Assembly: GCA_963733035.1 (NCBI GenBank)
Contig: CAVTBU010000001.1
Coordinates: 17,124-81,123, forward strand
DNA from: Pirellulales bacterium
Lineage (GTDB): Bacteria; Planctomycetota; Planctomycetia; Pirellulales; PALSA-1355
DNA: 64,000 nt
Direction: 5' to 3'
Below are positions 53,266 to 63,925 of the stretch, piece after piece; within the stretch, counting starts at the first letter, position 1, and every line of letters begins with the position of its first letter. Below the pieces are notes generated by a model, which made no database searches, was not told where the DNA came from, and saw only the letters and a program-made list of their open reading frames with translations. The position numbers and the translations under genes are program-made.

Positions 53266-53285
53266 CAAGGTCCACCGAGCCCGCG

Positions 53286-53828
53286 ATGAAAACACACTCC
53301 ACGACGATCCTGACCGTTCGCCACAAAGATCAAGTCGCCATCGGCGGTGACGGGCAGGTGACGCTTAACAATACGGTCATGAAAGGCGACGCTCGCAAGA
53401 TCCGCCGGCTGATGGAAGGCCGCGTGATCACCGGCTTTGCAGGCGCCAGCGCCGACGCGTTTGCGCTACTCGAACGATTCGAAGCCAAGCTCCGCGACTT
53501 CCCCGGCAACGTGCCCCGGGCAGCCACCGAGCTGGCCAAGGAGTGGCGGACAGACCGCGCCCTGCGGCGGCTCGAAGCATTGCTGACGGTGGTCGATGCC
53601 CAGCACACCCTGCTGGTGACCGGCAACGGCGACGTCATCCAGCCGACCGACGGCGTGCTGGGCATTGGGTCGGGCGGCAATTATGCCGTCGCTGCCGCCC
53701 GGGCACTGGTGGCCCATTCCGACCTGGATGCCGAGTCGATCGTGCGGCGGAGCCTGGAGATCGCCGCCGGCATCGACGTCTATACGAACAGCAACATCGT
53801 GTGCGAGGTGCTCTCATGCGCGACCTGA
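53286..53828 (+). CDS. hslV: HslV (ClpQ) protease subunit
   Basis: Motifs [34 protein letters not shown] and GSGGNYA. Confidence 0.97.
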   Translation: MKTHSTTILTVRHKDQVAIGGDGQVTLNNTVMKGDARKIRRLMEGRVITGFAGASADAFALLERFEAKLRDFPGNVPRAATELAKEWRTDRALRRLEALLTVVDAQHTLLVTGNGDVIQPTDGVLGIGSGGNYAVAAARALVAHSDLDAESIVRRSLEIAAGIDVYTNSNIVCEVLSCAT

Positions 53829-55150
53829 CGCCACGACAAATCGTCGCCCAACTCGATGCTCACATCGTCGCCCAGCACGACGCCAAGCGAGCGGTGGCGA
53901 TTGCTGTCCGCAACCGCTGGCGGCGGCAACACCTGCCGGAAGAATTGCGGAGCGAGGTGGCGCCCAAGAACATCCTGATGATTGGTCCGACCGGCGTAGG
54001 CAAGACCGAAATCGCCCGTCGGCTGGCCAAACTGACGGGCGCGCCGTTCATCAAGATTGAAGCCACCAAATACACCGAAGTAGGTTACTACGGCCGCGAC
54101 GTGGAAAGCATGATCCGCGAGCTTGTCGAGAACGCGATTGCCCTGGTGCGCGAGAGCGAGCGGCAGGACGTCGAGGCCGAGGCTCGGCAGCGGGTCGACG
54201 AACGCCTGCTCGATTTGTTGGTCCCCCGGCCGCCGGCCGTCGACGTCGGCATCGATTCGCCTAATTCGCCTGAGCGCTACGAGCGGAGCCGCGAGAAAAT
54301 CCGGGCTCGCCTGCAAGCCGGACTGATGGAAGATAGCCGCGTGGAAATCCAGGTCGAACAAAAGGCCTCACCGATGATGCTCGGCGGCATGGGCCTCGAG
54401 CATTCCGATATCGACTTGCAGGGCATGTTCGAAAAGTTGCTTCCCAAGCAGTTGCTGCGCCGCGAGATGAGTGTGGCCGATGCCCGGCGAATTCTCTTCG
54501 AGCAGGAATGCGACGCCCTGATCAATCAGGAAAAAGTCAACGCCAAGGCCGTTGAACTTGCCGAGAACCTGGGCATCGTGTTCATCGACGAGCTCGACAA
54601 GGTGGTCGCCAGCGACTCGCGGGGGGCCGACGTCTCGCGGCAGGGGGTGCAACGCGACCTGTTGCCCATTGTCGAAGGCACCACCGTGCAGACCAAGTAC
54701 GGTTATGTGAAAACCGACCATATCCTGTTTGTGGCCGCGGGCGCGTTCCACCGCGCCAGTCCCAGCGACCTGATGCCGGAGCTGCAGGGCCGCTTTCCGA
54801 TCCGCGTCGAACTCAAGGATCTGACCCAAGAGGACTTCGTGCGGATCCTCACCGAGCCCAATAGTGCCCTCACCAAGCAATACCAGGCACTCTTGCAAAC
54901 CGAAGGAGTCGAACTCGACTTTCAGGACGATGCGATCGAGATGTTGGCTGAATACGCGTTCGCGGTGAACCAGACCAGCCAAAACATTGGTGCGCGGCGG
55001 CTGTACACGATCATGGAACGGCTCTTGGAAGAACTTAGCTTTGAGGCGCCCGACATGGGCGCTGGACGCGTCGTGGTCAATGCCGCCTACGTGAAGCAGC
55101 GGCTGGAAAAGGTCACCCAAGACGAAGACCTTAGCAAGTTCATTCTCTAG
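53816..55150 (+). CDS. hslU: HslU (ClpY) ATPase subunit
   Basis: Motifs [55 protein letters not shown] and DLSKFIL. Confidence 0.97.
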   Translation: MRDLTPRQIVAQLDAHIVAQHDAKRAVAIAVRNRWRRQHLPEELRSEVAPKNILMIGPTGVGKTEIARRLAKLTGAPFIKIEATKYTEVGYYGRDVESMIRELVENAIALVRESERQDVEAEARQRVDERLLDLLVPRPPAVDVGIDSPNSPERYERSREKIRARLQAGLMEDSRVEIQVEQKASPMMLGGMGLEHSDIDLQGMFEKLLPKQLLRREMSVADARRILFEQECDALINQEKVNAKAVELAENLGIVFIDELDKVVASDSRGADVSRQGVQRDLLPIVEGTTVQTKYGYVKTDHILFVAAGAFHRASPSDLMPELQGRFPIRVELKDLTQEDFVRILTEPNSALTKQYQALLQTEGVELDFQDDAIEMLAEYAFAVNQTSQNIGARRLYTIMERLLEELSFEAPDMGAGRVVVNAAYVKQRLEKVTQDEDLSKFIL

Positions 55151-55173
55151 GGCTTTGAGAGATGGCTATCGAA

Positions 55174-55650
55174 TCACTGGCCGAGTTGTTGTTTGAGCAC
55201 GGCCAGTGATTGCTCTGGCACTGCACCGTGCGCGACAAAGTTAAACTCTCGAAGATTGTCTCCGAGCACACTGATGGCAACGTCCAGCCGCTCGGGCGGC
55301 ATGCAGCGCTCGAATCGGCCGGCCCATTCGATCAACACCAGATTGGGAGGACCAAAGTGCTCGTCAACACCTAGTTGCAGGAATTCATCGTCGTCGCGCA
55401 GCCTGTAGGCGTCGACGTGGTAGATCGGACGAGTCCCCTGGTACTCGTGCATCAGGACGAACGTGGGGCTCACCACCTCCGTGCGATCGACTCCGCAAGC
55501 AACCGCCACGGCCTGCACGAGCCGCGTCTTGCCGGCCCCCAACGGACCATCGAGTGCCACCACACCGTGCGGCAGCGCAGCCGCCAAGGCAACGCCAAGC
55601 CGCTCGGTGTCTTGCTCGCTCTCGGCTCGAAAAGAATAGACGATGGCCAT
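55174..55650 (-). CDS. tsaE: t6A biosynthesis ATPase TsaE
   Basis: Motifs LDGPLGAGKT, SPTFVL, HVDAYRL and IEWA. Confidence 0.95.
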   Translation of the reverse strand: MAIVYSFRAESEQDTERLGVALAAALPHGVVALDGPLGAGKTRLVQAVAVACGVDRTEVVSPTFVLMHEYQGTRPIYHVDAYRLRDDDEFLQLGVDEHFGPPNLVLIEWAGRFERCMPPERLDVAISVLGDNLREFNFVAHGAVPEQSLAVLKQQLGQ

Positions 55651-55719
55651 CGTTCTGCAATTCACACGGAACCGAACAGAAAACATCACGGCAGCGACCG
55701 GCGCCGGACTGTTGCCGTT

Positions 55720-56637
55720 CTAATGCTCAAACCCCCGCGGAACAAGTGTCTCACGACGCCCGTCCGCGTCGATTTGCCAGAGACCCGACGGTTCGACAAA
55801 CCGCCCGATGCATGTCAAACCGCAATCCAGCGGCTGCCGCTCGACGAGCTCCCTTGCGGCGTCGGGCGGCACGGCCAGGATCAATTCGAAATCTTCCCCG
55901 TCACCCAGCGCATGCCGAAGCGCCGTCGAACCGTCGCTGAGACGACCTGCCCACTGTTGTGCCGCCTCGGCCACGGGAACCTTCGACAGTTCAATCTCGG
56001 CACCACAACCGCTGGCCTCGCACAGTCGAAACAGATCCAACGATAGTCCATCACTAACATCGATGCCGGCGTGCAGCGGCGCGTTTTCCGCCAGCCAGAG
56101 AGCTTCGGTCACGCGCGGCTCGAAGTCGAATTGACGTCCTAAGCGGCTGCCGCCAAATTCGCCGGTCACCAGGATCGCATCACCCGGCTTGGCGCCGCTT
56201 CGCACGAGCGGGCCTTGGGCAGTCACTTCTCCAACCAAGGTGACACTGATGACCAGCGGCCCGTCCCAGGTGTTCGTATCGCCCCCGGCAATTGACAGTC
56301 CATGTCGCTGAGCCAAGGGGATCAACCCCTCGTAAAGCTGCTGCGCCAGCGTCAAGGCACCCGCGTGCGGCAAGGCCAAAGCGATCACCCCCGCCACCGG
56401 CCGCGCCGCCATGGCCGCCAGGTCGCTCAGGTTGACCGCCAGCGCCTTGCGGCCAATGCGCCCAGGCGTGTCAGTTCGCAGTTCGAAATCCACTCCATCG
56501 GTGAGCATGTCGACCGTCAGTGCGAAACTTTGGCCACCGGCCAAGCGGAGCAGGGCGGCGTCGTCGCTCAAGCCGAGCGGCGCGCGCATGTCGGCCGGCA
56601 GTCGATCGCGCAGCCACCGAATGAACTCGAGCTCCAT
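55720..56637 (-). CDS. thiL: Thiamine-monophosphate kinase
   Basis: Motifs DDAA, GRKALAVNLSDLAAM, GGDT, DVSDGL, GEDFEL and terminal GFEH. Confidence 0.95.
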   Translation of the reverse strand: MELEFIRWLRDRLPADMRAPLGLSDDAALLRLAGGQSFALTVDMLTDGVDFELRTDTPGRIGRKALAVNLSDLAAMAARPVAGVIALALPHAGALTLAQQLYEGLIPLAQRHGLSIAGGDTNTWDGPLVISVTLVGEVTAQGPLVRSGAKPGDAILVTGEFGGSRLGRQFDFEPRVTEALWLAENAPLHAGIDVSDGLSLDLFRLCEASGCGAEIELSKVPVAEAAQQWAGRLSDGSTALRHALGDGEDFELILAVPPDAARELVERQPLDCGLTCIGRFVEPSGLWQIDADGRRETLVPRGFEH

Positions 56638-56812
56638 AACAAAACCACCCGCCACCGGAACCCAAGGTCTTCGATTGGACCCAGCCCGGAAATGCTCGCG
56701 AGGCTCAGGCACCTCGGCAGCCAATCACACAACGGGCAATTCTACCGCCGGCGTCCGGCCAAGGTATACCCACGACAGGCTGATCGAGTGCGTGGCCGTC
56801 GCGGCCGGACGC

Positions 56813-58174
56813 TCAGCGGCGGGTCGTCGTGGACAGATGGCCGTAGTAGGTGGCTTCGTTCCTGAGAATCAGAAACTTCACCGGCTGCAGCGACACGAAC
56901 TCATCGCTCTTGAGAATGTAAATCACGTTCTCGAGCGAAATCGTTTCCCAAATATGGATTCCTAGCAAGATATCGCCTTGGCGGATCCCGTCGGCGGCGG
57001 CCGGGCTGTCGCGTCGCACGCTCGTTACCAGCAAGCCGCCTCGATATTGCTTCTGGTAGCTCCGCAGTCGCGAAGCGCCGACCGCCTCCAGCCGCATGCC
57101 TAGCGTTTCCCAGATTCGGTCTACGTCGCTGGCCCGACGCGGCGCCGAGGCCAGCACCAGGTTCACCTTCACGGGCTGCTTGTTGCGGTTTACCGTGAGG
57201 GTGACTTCTTCGCCCACCTGATGACCGAGCATCGCCCGTTCCAAGTCGAGGGCCCGCGTCACCGGGCTGTCGCCGATCCGAGAAATCACGTCTCCGGCCT
57301 GCAGGCCGCACTTGGCCGCCGGGCTTGACTCGTCCACGTCACCCACGACGCAATAGCGTGTGGCCTGCTCCTCGGTGAGCTTGGTGACGATGCCGTGCCA
57401 GGTGTTCTGCGACCGTTCGCGTTCGGCGCTCATGAGGTCCGCTGCCACACTGACGGCCATGTCCACGGGAATGGCGAAACCAATGCCCTGGGCACCCTGC
57501 CGCACGGCCACGTTGATTCCGATCATCTCGCCGTCGATGTTCAACAGCGGTCCACCGGAGTTTCCGGGATTGATGCTGGCGTCGGTCTGAATCAAATCCT
57601 TATAGCTTTGCGTATCGCTCACCTGCACGGTTCGGTCGAGGGCGCTGATCACACCGCGCGTGACCGTGTGCTCGTATCCATATGCGTTGCCCACGGCCAC
57701 CACGTCTTCGCCGATCATCAGATCACTCGACGATCCAATCTGAATCACGGGCAGCCTGCGAGAGACATTGATTTTGATAATGGCCAGATCGGTTGTCGGA
57801 TCGTGTGCCACCCGGGAGGCGATGTATTCCTCTTTGTCCGCGAGCGTAACTTCGATCCGTTTGACGCCGTCAACGACGTGATGATTCGTGAGAATGTACC
57901 CGCGTTCGTCGATGATCACACCCGTGCCCATGCCGTTGACATTTTGGGCCTCGCCACGGCGGTAGTTATCGTCGCCGGGTCCCAGAGTTTTCTGGCCGTG
58001 AATGTTGACGATCGCCGGACGCACTTGTTTTACCAAGCGCACCGTGGGCGACATGCGGCGTTCGCTGCACTCGGCGGTCGACATCGCGTTGGACAGCAAC
58101 AGTCCAACTGCCAGAAGTCCACAAAACAGTCCGCCTCGGGTGCGGATCCAGGCGCAAGCAGATCGGACGGGCAT
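56813..58174 (-). CDS. HtrA/DegP-like serine protease with two PDZ domains
   Basis: Signal peptide; motifs TNHHVV, DLAII and QTDASINPGNSGGPL; two PDZ. Confidence 0.94.
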   Translation of the reverse strand: MPVRSACAWIRTRGGLFCGLLAVGLLLSNAMSTAECSERRMSPTVRLVKQVRPAIVNIHGQKTLGPGDDNYRRGEAQNVNGMGTGVIIDERGYILTNHHVVDGVKRIEVTLADKEEYIASRVAHDPTTDLAIIKINVSRRLPVIQIGSSSDLMIGEDVVAVGNAYGYEHTVTRGVISALDRTVQVSDTQSYKDLIQTDASINPGNSGGPLLNIDGEMIGINVAVRQGAQGIGFAIPVDMAVSVAADLMSAERERSQNTWHGIVTKLTEEQATRYCVVGDVDESSPAAKCGLQAGDVISRIGDSPVTRALDLERAMLGHQVGEEVTLTVNRNKQPVKVNLVLASAPRRASDVDRIWETLGMRLEAVGASRLRSYQKQYRGGLLVTSVRRDSPAAADGIRQGDILLGIHIWETISLENVIYILKSDEFVSLQPVKFLILRNEATYYGHLSTTTRR

Positions 58175-58515
58175 GGCGGGAAACGGCTGAGGTTTCGAGG
58201 TCCCGGACGAGAGCCAGGACCAGGGACTTGCCTGTGCGCTTTCACGACCCCGCTATCGCCCGCAGGCGACCAGTCGCAAGCGTTATGAAACCTAGATCGG
58301 CCCCACGTCGCAAAGGCATAAAGGGCGGACATTTCAGCCGGAATAAACGTCCCAAGTTCACGCGTTCGTAATCGGCAAATGCGGGCCTATTCGCCCACGT
58401 TACCAGCCGCCGCTAGCACCACTGGCCACGACGCCCCAAATCCGTATCGATCGAACAAGCTAGAGCAACTTGGAAATCTTTGCGGGCGGCAAAGCGGCCG
58501 CCGCCGGCCGAACAC

Positions 58516-59742
58516 TTAAGAGCCGTCATCGCCGGCCTTCTCAAGCGGGGCCGGCCTTGTCTTGCCGGAGGTCAGCATAATGAGCTGCACCAGCAAGAAG
58601 ATGACGAAGACGCCGAGCAACCCATAGCGCCATACGCCCACATGAGGAATCTTCATCTGCTCGGCCACGCCAGCCAGCGCCATCACGAAAATGGTCAACA
58701 CCAGCAGGCCGCAACCAACCGAGGCCATCGTGCCCTTGAAAGTCGCGTCTTCCGTGTAGTCTTCGTAGTAGAGTTCGACCGTACGTGATTTTTTCAAGCT
58801 GCGGTCGATGGTCTCTGTGAGTTCGATGGCACGGCACGCATCGACCCAATCGGGCGTCGGTTGGCGACCGTCGATGATCGCCGCGAGTTCGCCCAGAGAG
58901 GTAGCGGCCGCGTCCCAGTTGGCAAATTCCTTCTTCTCGGAATGGTCCCCGGAAAGGATCTCCAGCGTCCAGGGGAGTCCGTCCTCCTCGAGTTCGACCG
59001 TCGCTCGACCGCGCGGGCCAGTAAGCGTAAGTTTGGCTCCCGCCGAGGAGTGAATCGGCACGACCGACCACCGCGCGTCAATCCCCTCGGGCCCTGACAT
59101 CTGCACGCCCAGACTTGCAAAATTCGGATCCGCCGGCTGACCCGCCATGGCGCCAAGTCGAGTCATGTCGCCGGCCACCGCCCGCACCAGGTCGACGTCG
59201 CGGGCAAACTGCTTTTGCACGTTCTCCTTGAGCGGCGCCGCGACGCAGCGTTCGATCGTCAAATGCTCGACCTTGCCGATCGGCGAGGCTTCGCCCTGCC
59301 GCACGAATTCGGCAAGCGTTCCAATTGCCGGGTGCTGCCGCTGGGCGAGCTCCGGTACCACCGGTGCATCGGTTTCGCGGCGGATCATGTCAAGCTCGTA
59401 GTACACCAGCATCGAGTCCACCACCGGATGCGAGGCCAGCACCGGCATTTCGACCTGGATCAGCTTGCGTAATTGCTCGGCCCGCAAGTCTTGATCCGTG
59501 CCGCGCGCCACAATCACGGCATCGATTTGACTGTTGTCGAGCAAATCTTCCCAATTCGCGATCGGCCGGATTTTACCTACCAGCGGCTGCAATTCGTCGG
59601 CGGCCTCGGCGGTGCCGCTTTCGAAGCTGCAAATACCCGTCAGTTCGAACCGCGGATGTTCGAGGGTGGCGCGGATTAGCCCGGGTGTCGCGTCATCGAC
59701 TCCCAGAAAGGCCACACGAATTAATGCGCCCGACTGCACCAT
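58516..59742 (-). CDS. Degenerate Gfo/Idh/MocA-fold protein with two C-terminal TM helices
   Basis: IRVAFLG and EDLLD...IDAVIVA suggest the Gfo/Idh/MocA fold; hydrophobic C-terminus. Confidence 0.7.
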   Translation of the reverse strand: MVQSGALIRVAFLGVDDATPGLIRATLEHPRFELTGICSFESGTAEAADELQPLVGKIRPIANWEDLLDNSQIDAVIVARGTDQDLRAEQLRKLIQVEMPVLASHPVVDSMLVYYELDMIRRETDAPVVPELAQRQHPAIGTLAEFVRQGEASPIGKVEHLTIERCVAAPLKENVQKQFARDVDLVRAVAGDMTRLGAMAGQPADPNFASLGVQMSGPEGIDARWSVVPIHSSAGAKLTLTGPRGRATVELEEDGLPWTLEILSGDHSEKKEFANWDAAATSLGELAAIIDGRQPTPDWVDACRAIELTETIDRSLKKSRTVELYYEDYTEDATFKGTMASVGCGLLVLTIFVMALAGVAEQMKIPHVGVWRYGLLGVFVIFLLVQLIMLTSGKTRPAPLEKAGDDGS

Positions 59743-59798
59743 GTATCAATCATATCCAGTTGGCCAACCGGTCGTCGTCGCCAGCGGCAAGAAGCGGG

Positions 59799-60917
59799 TT
59801 ATTCGTGCCCCTTAACCACTTTGGTCAGGGCTTCGACAAAGAAGAATTCACCCCACATGACCGATTCGTCGACACCTAGATTTTTTTTGGTGTGATAAAC
59901 GCCATGTTTGAGAATCCCTTCCCATCCCGGCGTGTCGATGGCCAGATACTCCGGCGTCACCAGGGCATCGAGCATGGCCAACGCCGTTTGACGATAGTTC
60001 AGCGCCCGGTCGACGTCGGCCGTTTGCCGTTCGAGATCGAGCAGGGCGCTGGCGGCGATGGCTCCGGCCGACGAGTCCTTTTGTGGCCCCCACGGAAGCG
60101 GCTGCGACAAATCAGCGTGGAAGTCCCAATACGGAACGTGGTCCTTGGGCAGGTGCGTGAGCCAATAGTCGGCATTGCGCTCGGCGACGTCGAGCCACTG
60201 CCCCTCGCCAGTCAATCCGTACACCTGGCTGTAACCATACATCGACCAGGCCAGGCCGCGGGCCCACGCGCTGTCGCCGCGCAAGCCCTGATGTGTCGTT
60301 TGAGCAAGCAGTTCGCCCGTCTCGGTATTGAACTCTCCCTCGTGGGCCGTGGAGCCGTCTCGCCGCACGAGCCGATCGCGCGTGGTCGCACAATGGGCAT
60401 TTGCCACCCGCATTAGCTCGGCGTCGCCCGTTTCCTTGGCGGCATAAAAGATAATGGGCACGTTCATCATGATGTCGATGAACAGCGAGTGCGGTCCGAT
60501 GAAAGAGCAGAGGTATTGTCCGCGCTCCTGAAACCGCATGGCCAGGGTACGTCCGGCCTGGATGAGGACCTTGTGCAGGTGCTCTTCGCCCGTGAGTTGA
60601 TACCAGGGAAGGTACGTATTGAGAAAGATAAACCCCAGATCGTGCACGTTGCGGTCGTGCTGCCGGTGTTCGAGCAGCTTGCTGTAGTGCTCGGCCCGCG
60701 CGCGCCACTGCAAATTTCCTGTGCGGCCGGCGAATTGCCACATCATGCCGGCCAGAAATCCACCGGTCCAATCGGTCCACAATTCGCCACCGTGTTGCCA
60801 GCGGCCGCCGGTCGTGTAGATCGGAAAATAGTCCGGAGTTCGTTCGATGATGCCGGCTACTTGCCGCTCGGCAAAATCGAGCGCGGGGGCGTATTTTGCG
60901 GCGTGCGCGTCGGTCAT
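59799..60917 (-). CDS. GH88 unsaturated glucuronyl hydrolase-like protein
   Basis: Motifs WTGGFLAG, HDLGF, FIDIMMN, THQG, WARGLAW, PYWDF, DSSAGAI and WGEFFFVEAL. Confidence 0.92.
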   Translation of the reverse strand: MTDAHAAKYAPALDFAERQVAGIIERTPDYFPIYTTGGRWQHGGELWTDWTGGFLAGMMWQFAGRTGNLQWRARAEHYSKLLEHRQHDRNVHDLGFIFLNTYLPWYQLTGEEHLHKVLIQAGRTLAMRFQERGQYLCSFIGPHSLFIDIMMNVPIIFYAAKETGDAELMRVANAHCATTRDRLVRRDGSTAHEGEFNTETGELLAQTTHQGLRGDSAWARGLAWSMYGYSQVYGLTGEGQWLDVAERNADYWLTHLPKDHVPYWDFHADLSQPLPWGPQKDSSAGAIAASALLDLERQTADVDRALNYRQTALAMLDALVTPEYLAIDTPGWEGILKHGVYHTKKNLGVDESVMWGEFFFVEALTKVVKGHE

Positions 60918-61046
60918 GGTCGCTGTCGCGGGCAAGCGGCGCATGCCCAACGTTTGTCTGGAGACGAGAACGGTCGAATGGCGGAACGTTCATGTTAACG
61001 CTCCGGCCGCCTCCGGCAAAGGAGGTGCCGCGCAGGCGTGCGACAA

Positions 61047-61089
61047 CAATAAAACGGGGGCCGAACACCAGTGGCATTCGACCCCCGTT
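61047..61089 (-). terminator. Intrinsic terminator downstream of the LolA-like gene
   Basis: Minus strand reads AACGGGGGTCGAA...TTCGGCCCCCGTT followed by TTATT. Confidence 0.65.
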
Positions 61090-61143
61090 CGGTTTCCTGC
61101 GTGCGTTTGTTAGCGACGCGATTTCGACTTCGAGACCCCAGAA

Positions 61144-62010
61144 TCAATTCTTGTCGTCATCGTCATCGTCATCATCGTCGTCGTCGTCATCATCATCGTC
61201 TTTTTTGTCGTCGCCTTTGTCGTCGTCGCTCTTCGACTTGTCACCCGCTTCGGCTGGAGCCGACTCTTCGGGCATGTCGAAGATCTTCTCGTCGACTTCG
61301 CCGTTGACCTTCGTCTCGGTGAAAGTCGTGTCGATCTGCAGGACTTCGCCCAAAGCGATCTTCTGCTTCGTGGGCAGCTTGACCGGTCCAAAATCCTCGT
61401 AGTCCGACACTTCCGTCACAATTTCAATCTCGCCAAATTGCGGATTGTTCTGCGTCAGCGTCATGCGACGGAACAGGTCGGTCGCCTTGTCGATGAACAG
61501 CTTGATAGCCGGTCGCTCTTCGGCGGTGACTTCGAGCACGTAGTAGTCGACGTCGTCAACCTTCTCGTCGTCGAGCTTCTTGGCCGAAGTTCCTTCCTTG
61601 CCGATCATCATCAGCGGGTTCAGCACGACCGACTGCTTGATCTGCATGGCTTCGTCGTCTTCGATTTCCTGAATGCCGTTCATGCCGTCGCGCCAAGCGA
61701 CCTCGCCGTTCCAGGCGTCCTTCTGCACGAACACGGCCAGGTCGAGCGCACGCAGCGCTTTCTTACCGGGAATGATGATTTCTTCAATCGAGCCTTCCAT
61801 CTGGCCGAACGCGCCGTCGACGTCTACCTCGCCCTTGCGCTCGATGGCCTTGAGGCCCACCAAGGCTTCACGGCCACCCTGGGCCTTGAGGCTCTTATCG
61901 ATGATCTCGTCCACCGTTTGGGCGTTGGCGGCACTGGTCACCAGCGCCATGACGGCCGCCCCCAACACTATGCTCAGCTGTACAAACCGTCCACCTGACA
62001 ACACGTTCAT
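61144..62010 (-). CDS. Secreted LolA-like (outer-membrane lipoprotein-sorting) protein with poly-Asp tail
   Basis: Signal peptide (ANA/Q); TVDEIIDKSLKAQGG..AL, WNGEVAW, LFIDKAT, SDYEDF..VKLP and IFDMP motifs; tail with 16 consecutive Asp. Confidence 0.75.
   Translation of the reverse strand: MNVLSGGRFVQLSIVLGAAVMALVTSAANAQTVDEIIDKSLKAQGGREALVGLKAIERKGEVDVDGAFGQMEGSIEEIIIPGKKALRALDLAVFVQKDAWNGEVAWRDGMNGIQEIEDDEAMQIKQSVVLNPLMMIGKEGTSAKKLDDEKVDDVDYYVLEVTAEERPAIKLFIDKATDLFRRMTLTQNNPQFGEIEIVTEVSDYEDFGPVKLPTKQKIALGEVLQIDTTFTETKVNGEVDEKIFDMPEESAPAEAGDKSKSDDDKGDDKKDDDDDDDDDDDDDDDDKN
61153..61227 (-). repeat. (GAC/GAT)n trinucleotide tract encoding poly-Asp
   Basis: Run of gtc/atc triplets on the + strand. 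Confidence 0.85.
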
Positions 62011-62636
62011 TGCAGTAACCCTCGTTGAATTCTGTTGGTAGTCCCGATCCGGATTTGGCATTCAGCCGTGCACATCGCGAGCGCTGGGGGTACACCCGCG
62101 ACGCTATGAGCATACCAATCCTCTCGCCCAGATGCGACAGGTGCGCAAAAAGCGACCGGAGCCAAAGTTTAGCCCACGAATCAAGGCAGCAAAACCCGCC
62201 AGAAATTCCACCCAGGAGGCTGGCAACGCGAGCCCACGGGGGATGTGTCTCGGTGTAAGATCCCGGGAGGAAAGCTTGTCCGCCGCTCCCGTACCAAGAC
62301 GCTATCAAACGGCCATGTCGACCGCGGCTGAATCTCCCGCGGCTCTGTACCCTTGTTGCTCGGCACGCCCGGCTGGTCGACGACCGCCCCCGCGCGGCAG
62401 ATGGGCTGTTTGTCCGCAGCCCGGAATTGGCATGCCTGTAGGGGCGAATGTCGCGGGTCACCCCCCGTTTCTGCGGTGGGTGTTTCGTTCGCACCTCGCG
62501 GTTTTGCCGGAGAAATCCTCGCCGGCGCGTACGAAAAAAGCTACGTTTGCTACTGAAAACGGTCCAAGACCAAGTGCGCAACACCTCGGCAGCGACGCTC
62601 CGCGACGCCCTCGACCGCGAAGAAAGCTCTCGATCG

Positions 62637-63698
62637 ATGCAGTACCAAGCCCTTCCCTGGTCAGCGTGCGGCGGCGAGCTTCGAGAAGCCTGGGATACGA
62701 TCGCATCTCGAAACGCGCCGCCCGCCAGCCCCTTTCTTACGTGGGGTTTCTTTGACAGCGTGGCCCAGGTGCGCGACGACGTAGAGGCAGTGGTCTTTCG
62801 GCAAGCGGGAGAGATTGTCGGCTGCTTTCCGTACCAGAGAAAAGCGAAAACCCGTGCGATCCCAGTGGCCGGATTCTTGAACGACTTGCACGGGCCTCTG
62901 CCCGAACGGCTCGGAGCCGAAGAATTCTCGCGCCTGTTGGAGGCAGCCGGACTCGATCGCTTCGACTTTCACGCGTCACCGGCCTTGCCTTGGAATTCGC
63001 CGGCGGCCATGTTGCACGAGGTCGCGGGCTACCGGGCGCAACTGGGGACCAATCCGGGCGACTACACGGCGCATCTATTGCAGACGCACTACTCGGTGCG
63101 TCAGCAGAAACGCAAAACTCAGTCCGGCGAGCGCAAGTTTGGCCCCATCAAGTTCGTTTGGCAATCCACGGACTATGCCATTTTGGACAGGCTGCTGGAG
63201 TGGAAACGCCAGCAGTACCGGAGGACGGGATTCGTCGATGTCCTTGCGCCTTCGTGGACAAGACGACTACTACACGACCTGCTTCACCGAGATCGCGACG
63301 AAACGCACGGCCTGCTGAGCGCCCTGTTCGCCGGTGACGAGCTCGTCGCCGCTCATTTTGGAATGCGATCCGGTCCCTTGCTGCACTGCTGGTTTCCGGC
63401 CTATTCGCCGGCCCATTCTCAAATGTCGCCTGGCATGGAGCTGTTCTTGCGAATGGCCTCCCATGCTCCCAGTGAAAACGTCGTAACGCTCGACCTGGGG
63501 ATCGGAGCCCAAAACTTCAAGTCCAAGCTCACCAACGAAAGCTACTCGCTGGTTTGCGGGTCGATCGATCTGGTCCCCTGGCGAAGCAAGTTCCGCACCA
63601 TCAGCCGCGCAGCGCGCGACCAGGCGACGAAATTCGCGTGGTACCGGGGAGCCAAACGGGCGGTGCGCCGGGCGCTAACCACCTTGCACCTGGCGTAG
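62637..63698 (+). CDS. CelD/BcsL-like GNAT acetyltransferase
   Basis: Motifs SPFLTWGF, LSALFAGDELVAAHFG, PAYSP....SPGMEL and LDLGIGAQNFK. Confidence 0.85.
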   Translation: MQYQALPWSACGGELREAWDTIASRNAPPASPFLTWGFFDSVAQVRDDVEAVVFRQAGEIVGCFPYQRKAKTRAIPVAGFLNDLHGPLPERLGAEEFSRLLEAAGLDRFDFHASPALPWNSPAAMLHEVAGYRAQLGTNPGDYTAHLLQTHYSVRQQKRKTQSGERKFGPIKFVWQSTDYAILDRLLEWKRQQYRRTGFVDVLAPSWTRRLLHDLLHRDRDETHGLLSALFAGDELVAAHFGMRSGPLLHCWFPAYSPAHSQMSPGMELFLRMASHAPSENVVTLDLGIGAQNFKSKLTNESYSLVCGSIDLVPWRSKFRTISRAARDQATKFAWYRGAKRAVRRALTTLHLA

Positions 63699-63925
63699 CA
63701 GCCTGCTAGCCGCATTCCAGGCAGCCGGTGCTAGCGAGACAATCGGCCCATCGACGATCGACCGGTCGCCACACCCAAATATAAACGCGGTGGCCGGGTG
63801 TTTCGAAAAACGTCGATCTGGCGTGCGCTCGAGCATTTTCCAGCTACGCGAGAACGCAAGCAATCGTGATTGGCTGTCGGCGGCGGGCATTTTTGCCGGC
63901 ACAGCGTAACGAGCTTTGAGCGGGT

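Noticed and set aside
62260..62290. RNase P RNA (GAGGAAAG) or a riboswitch in the 62-kb intergenic region
   Set aside because: Continues GAGGAAAGCTT rather than GAGGAAAGTCC; other conserved elements are absent.
62428..62443. Third sigma54 promoter (TGGCATGCCTGTAGG) upstream of the GNAT gene
   Set aside because: The -12 element is GG rather than GC, so it fails GG-N10-GC.
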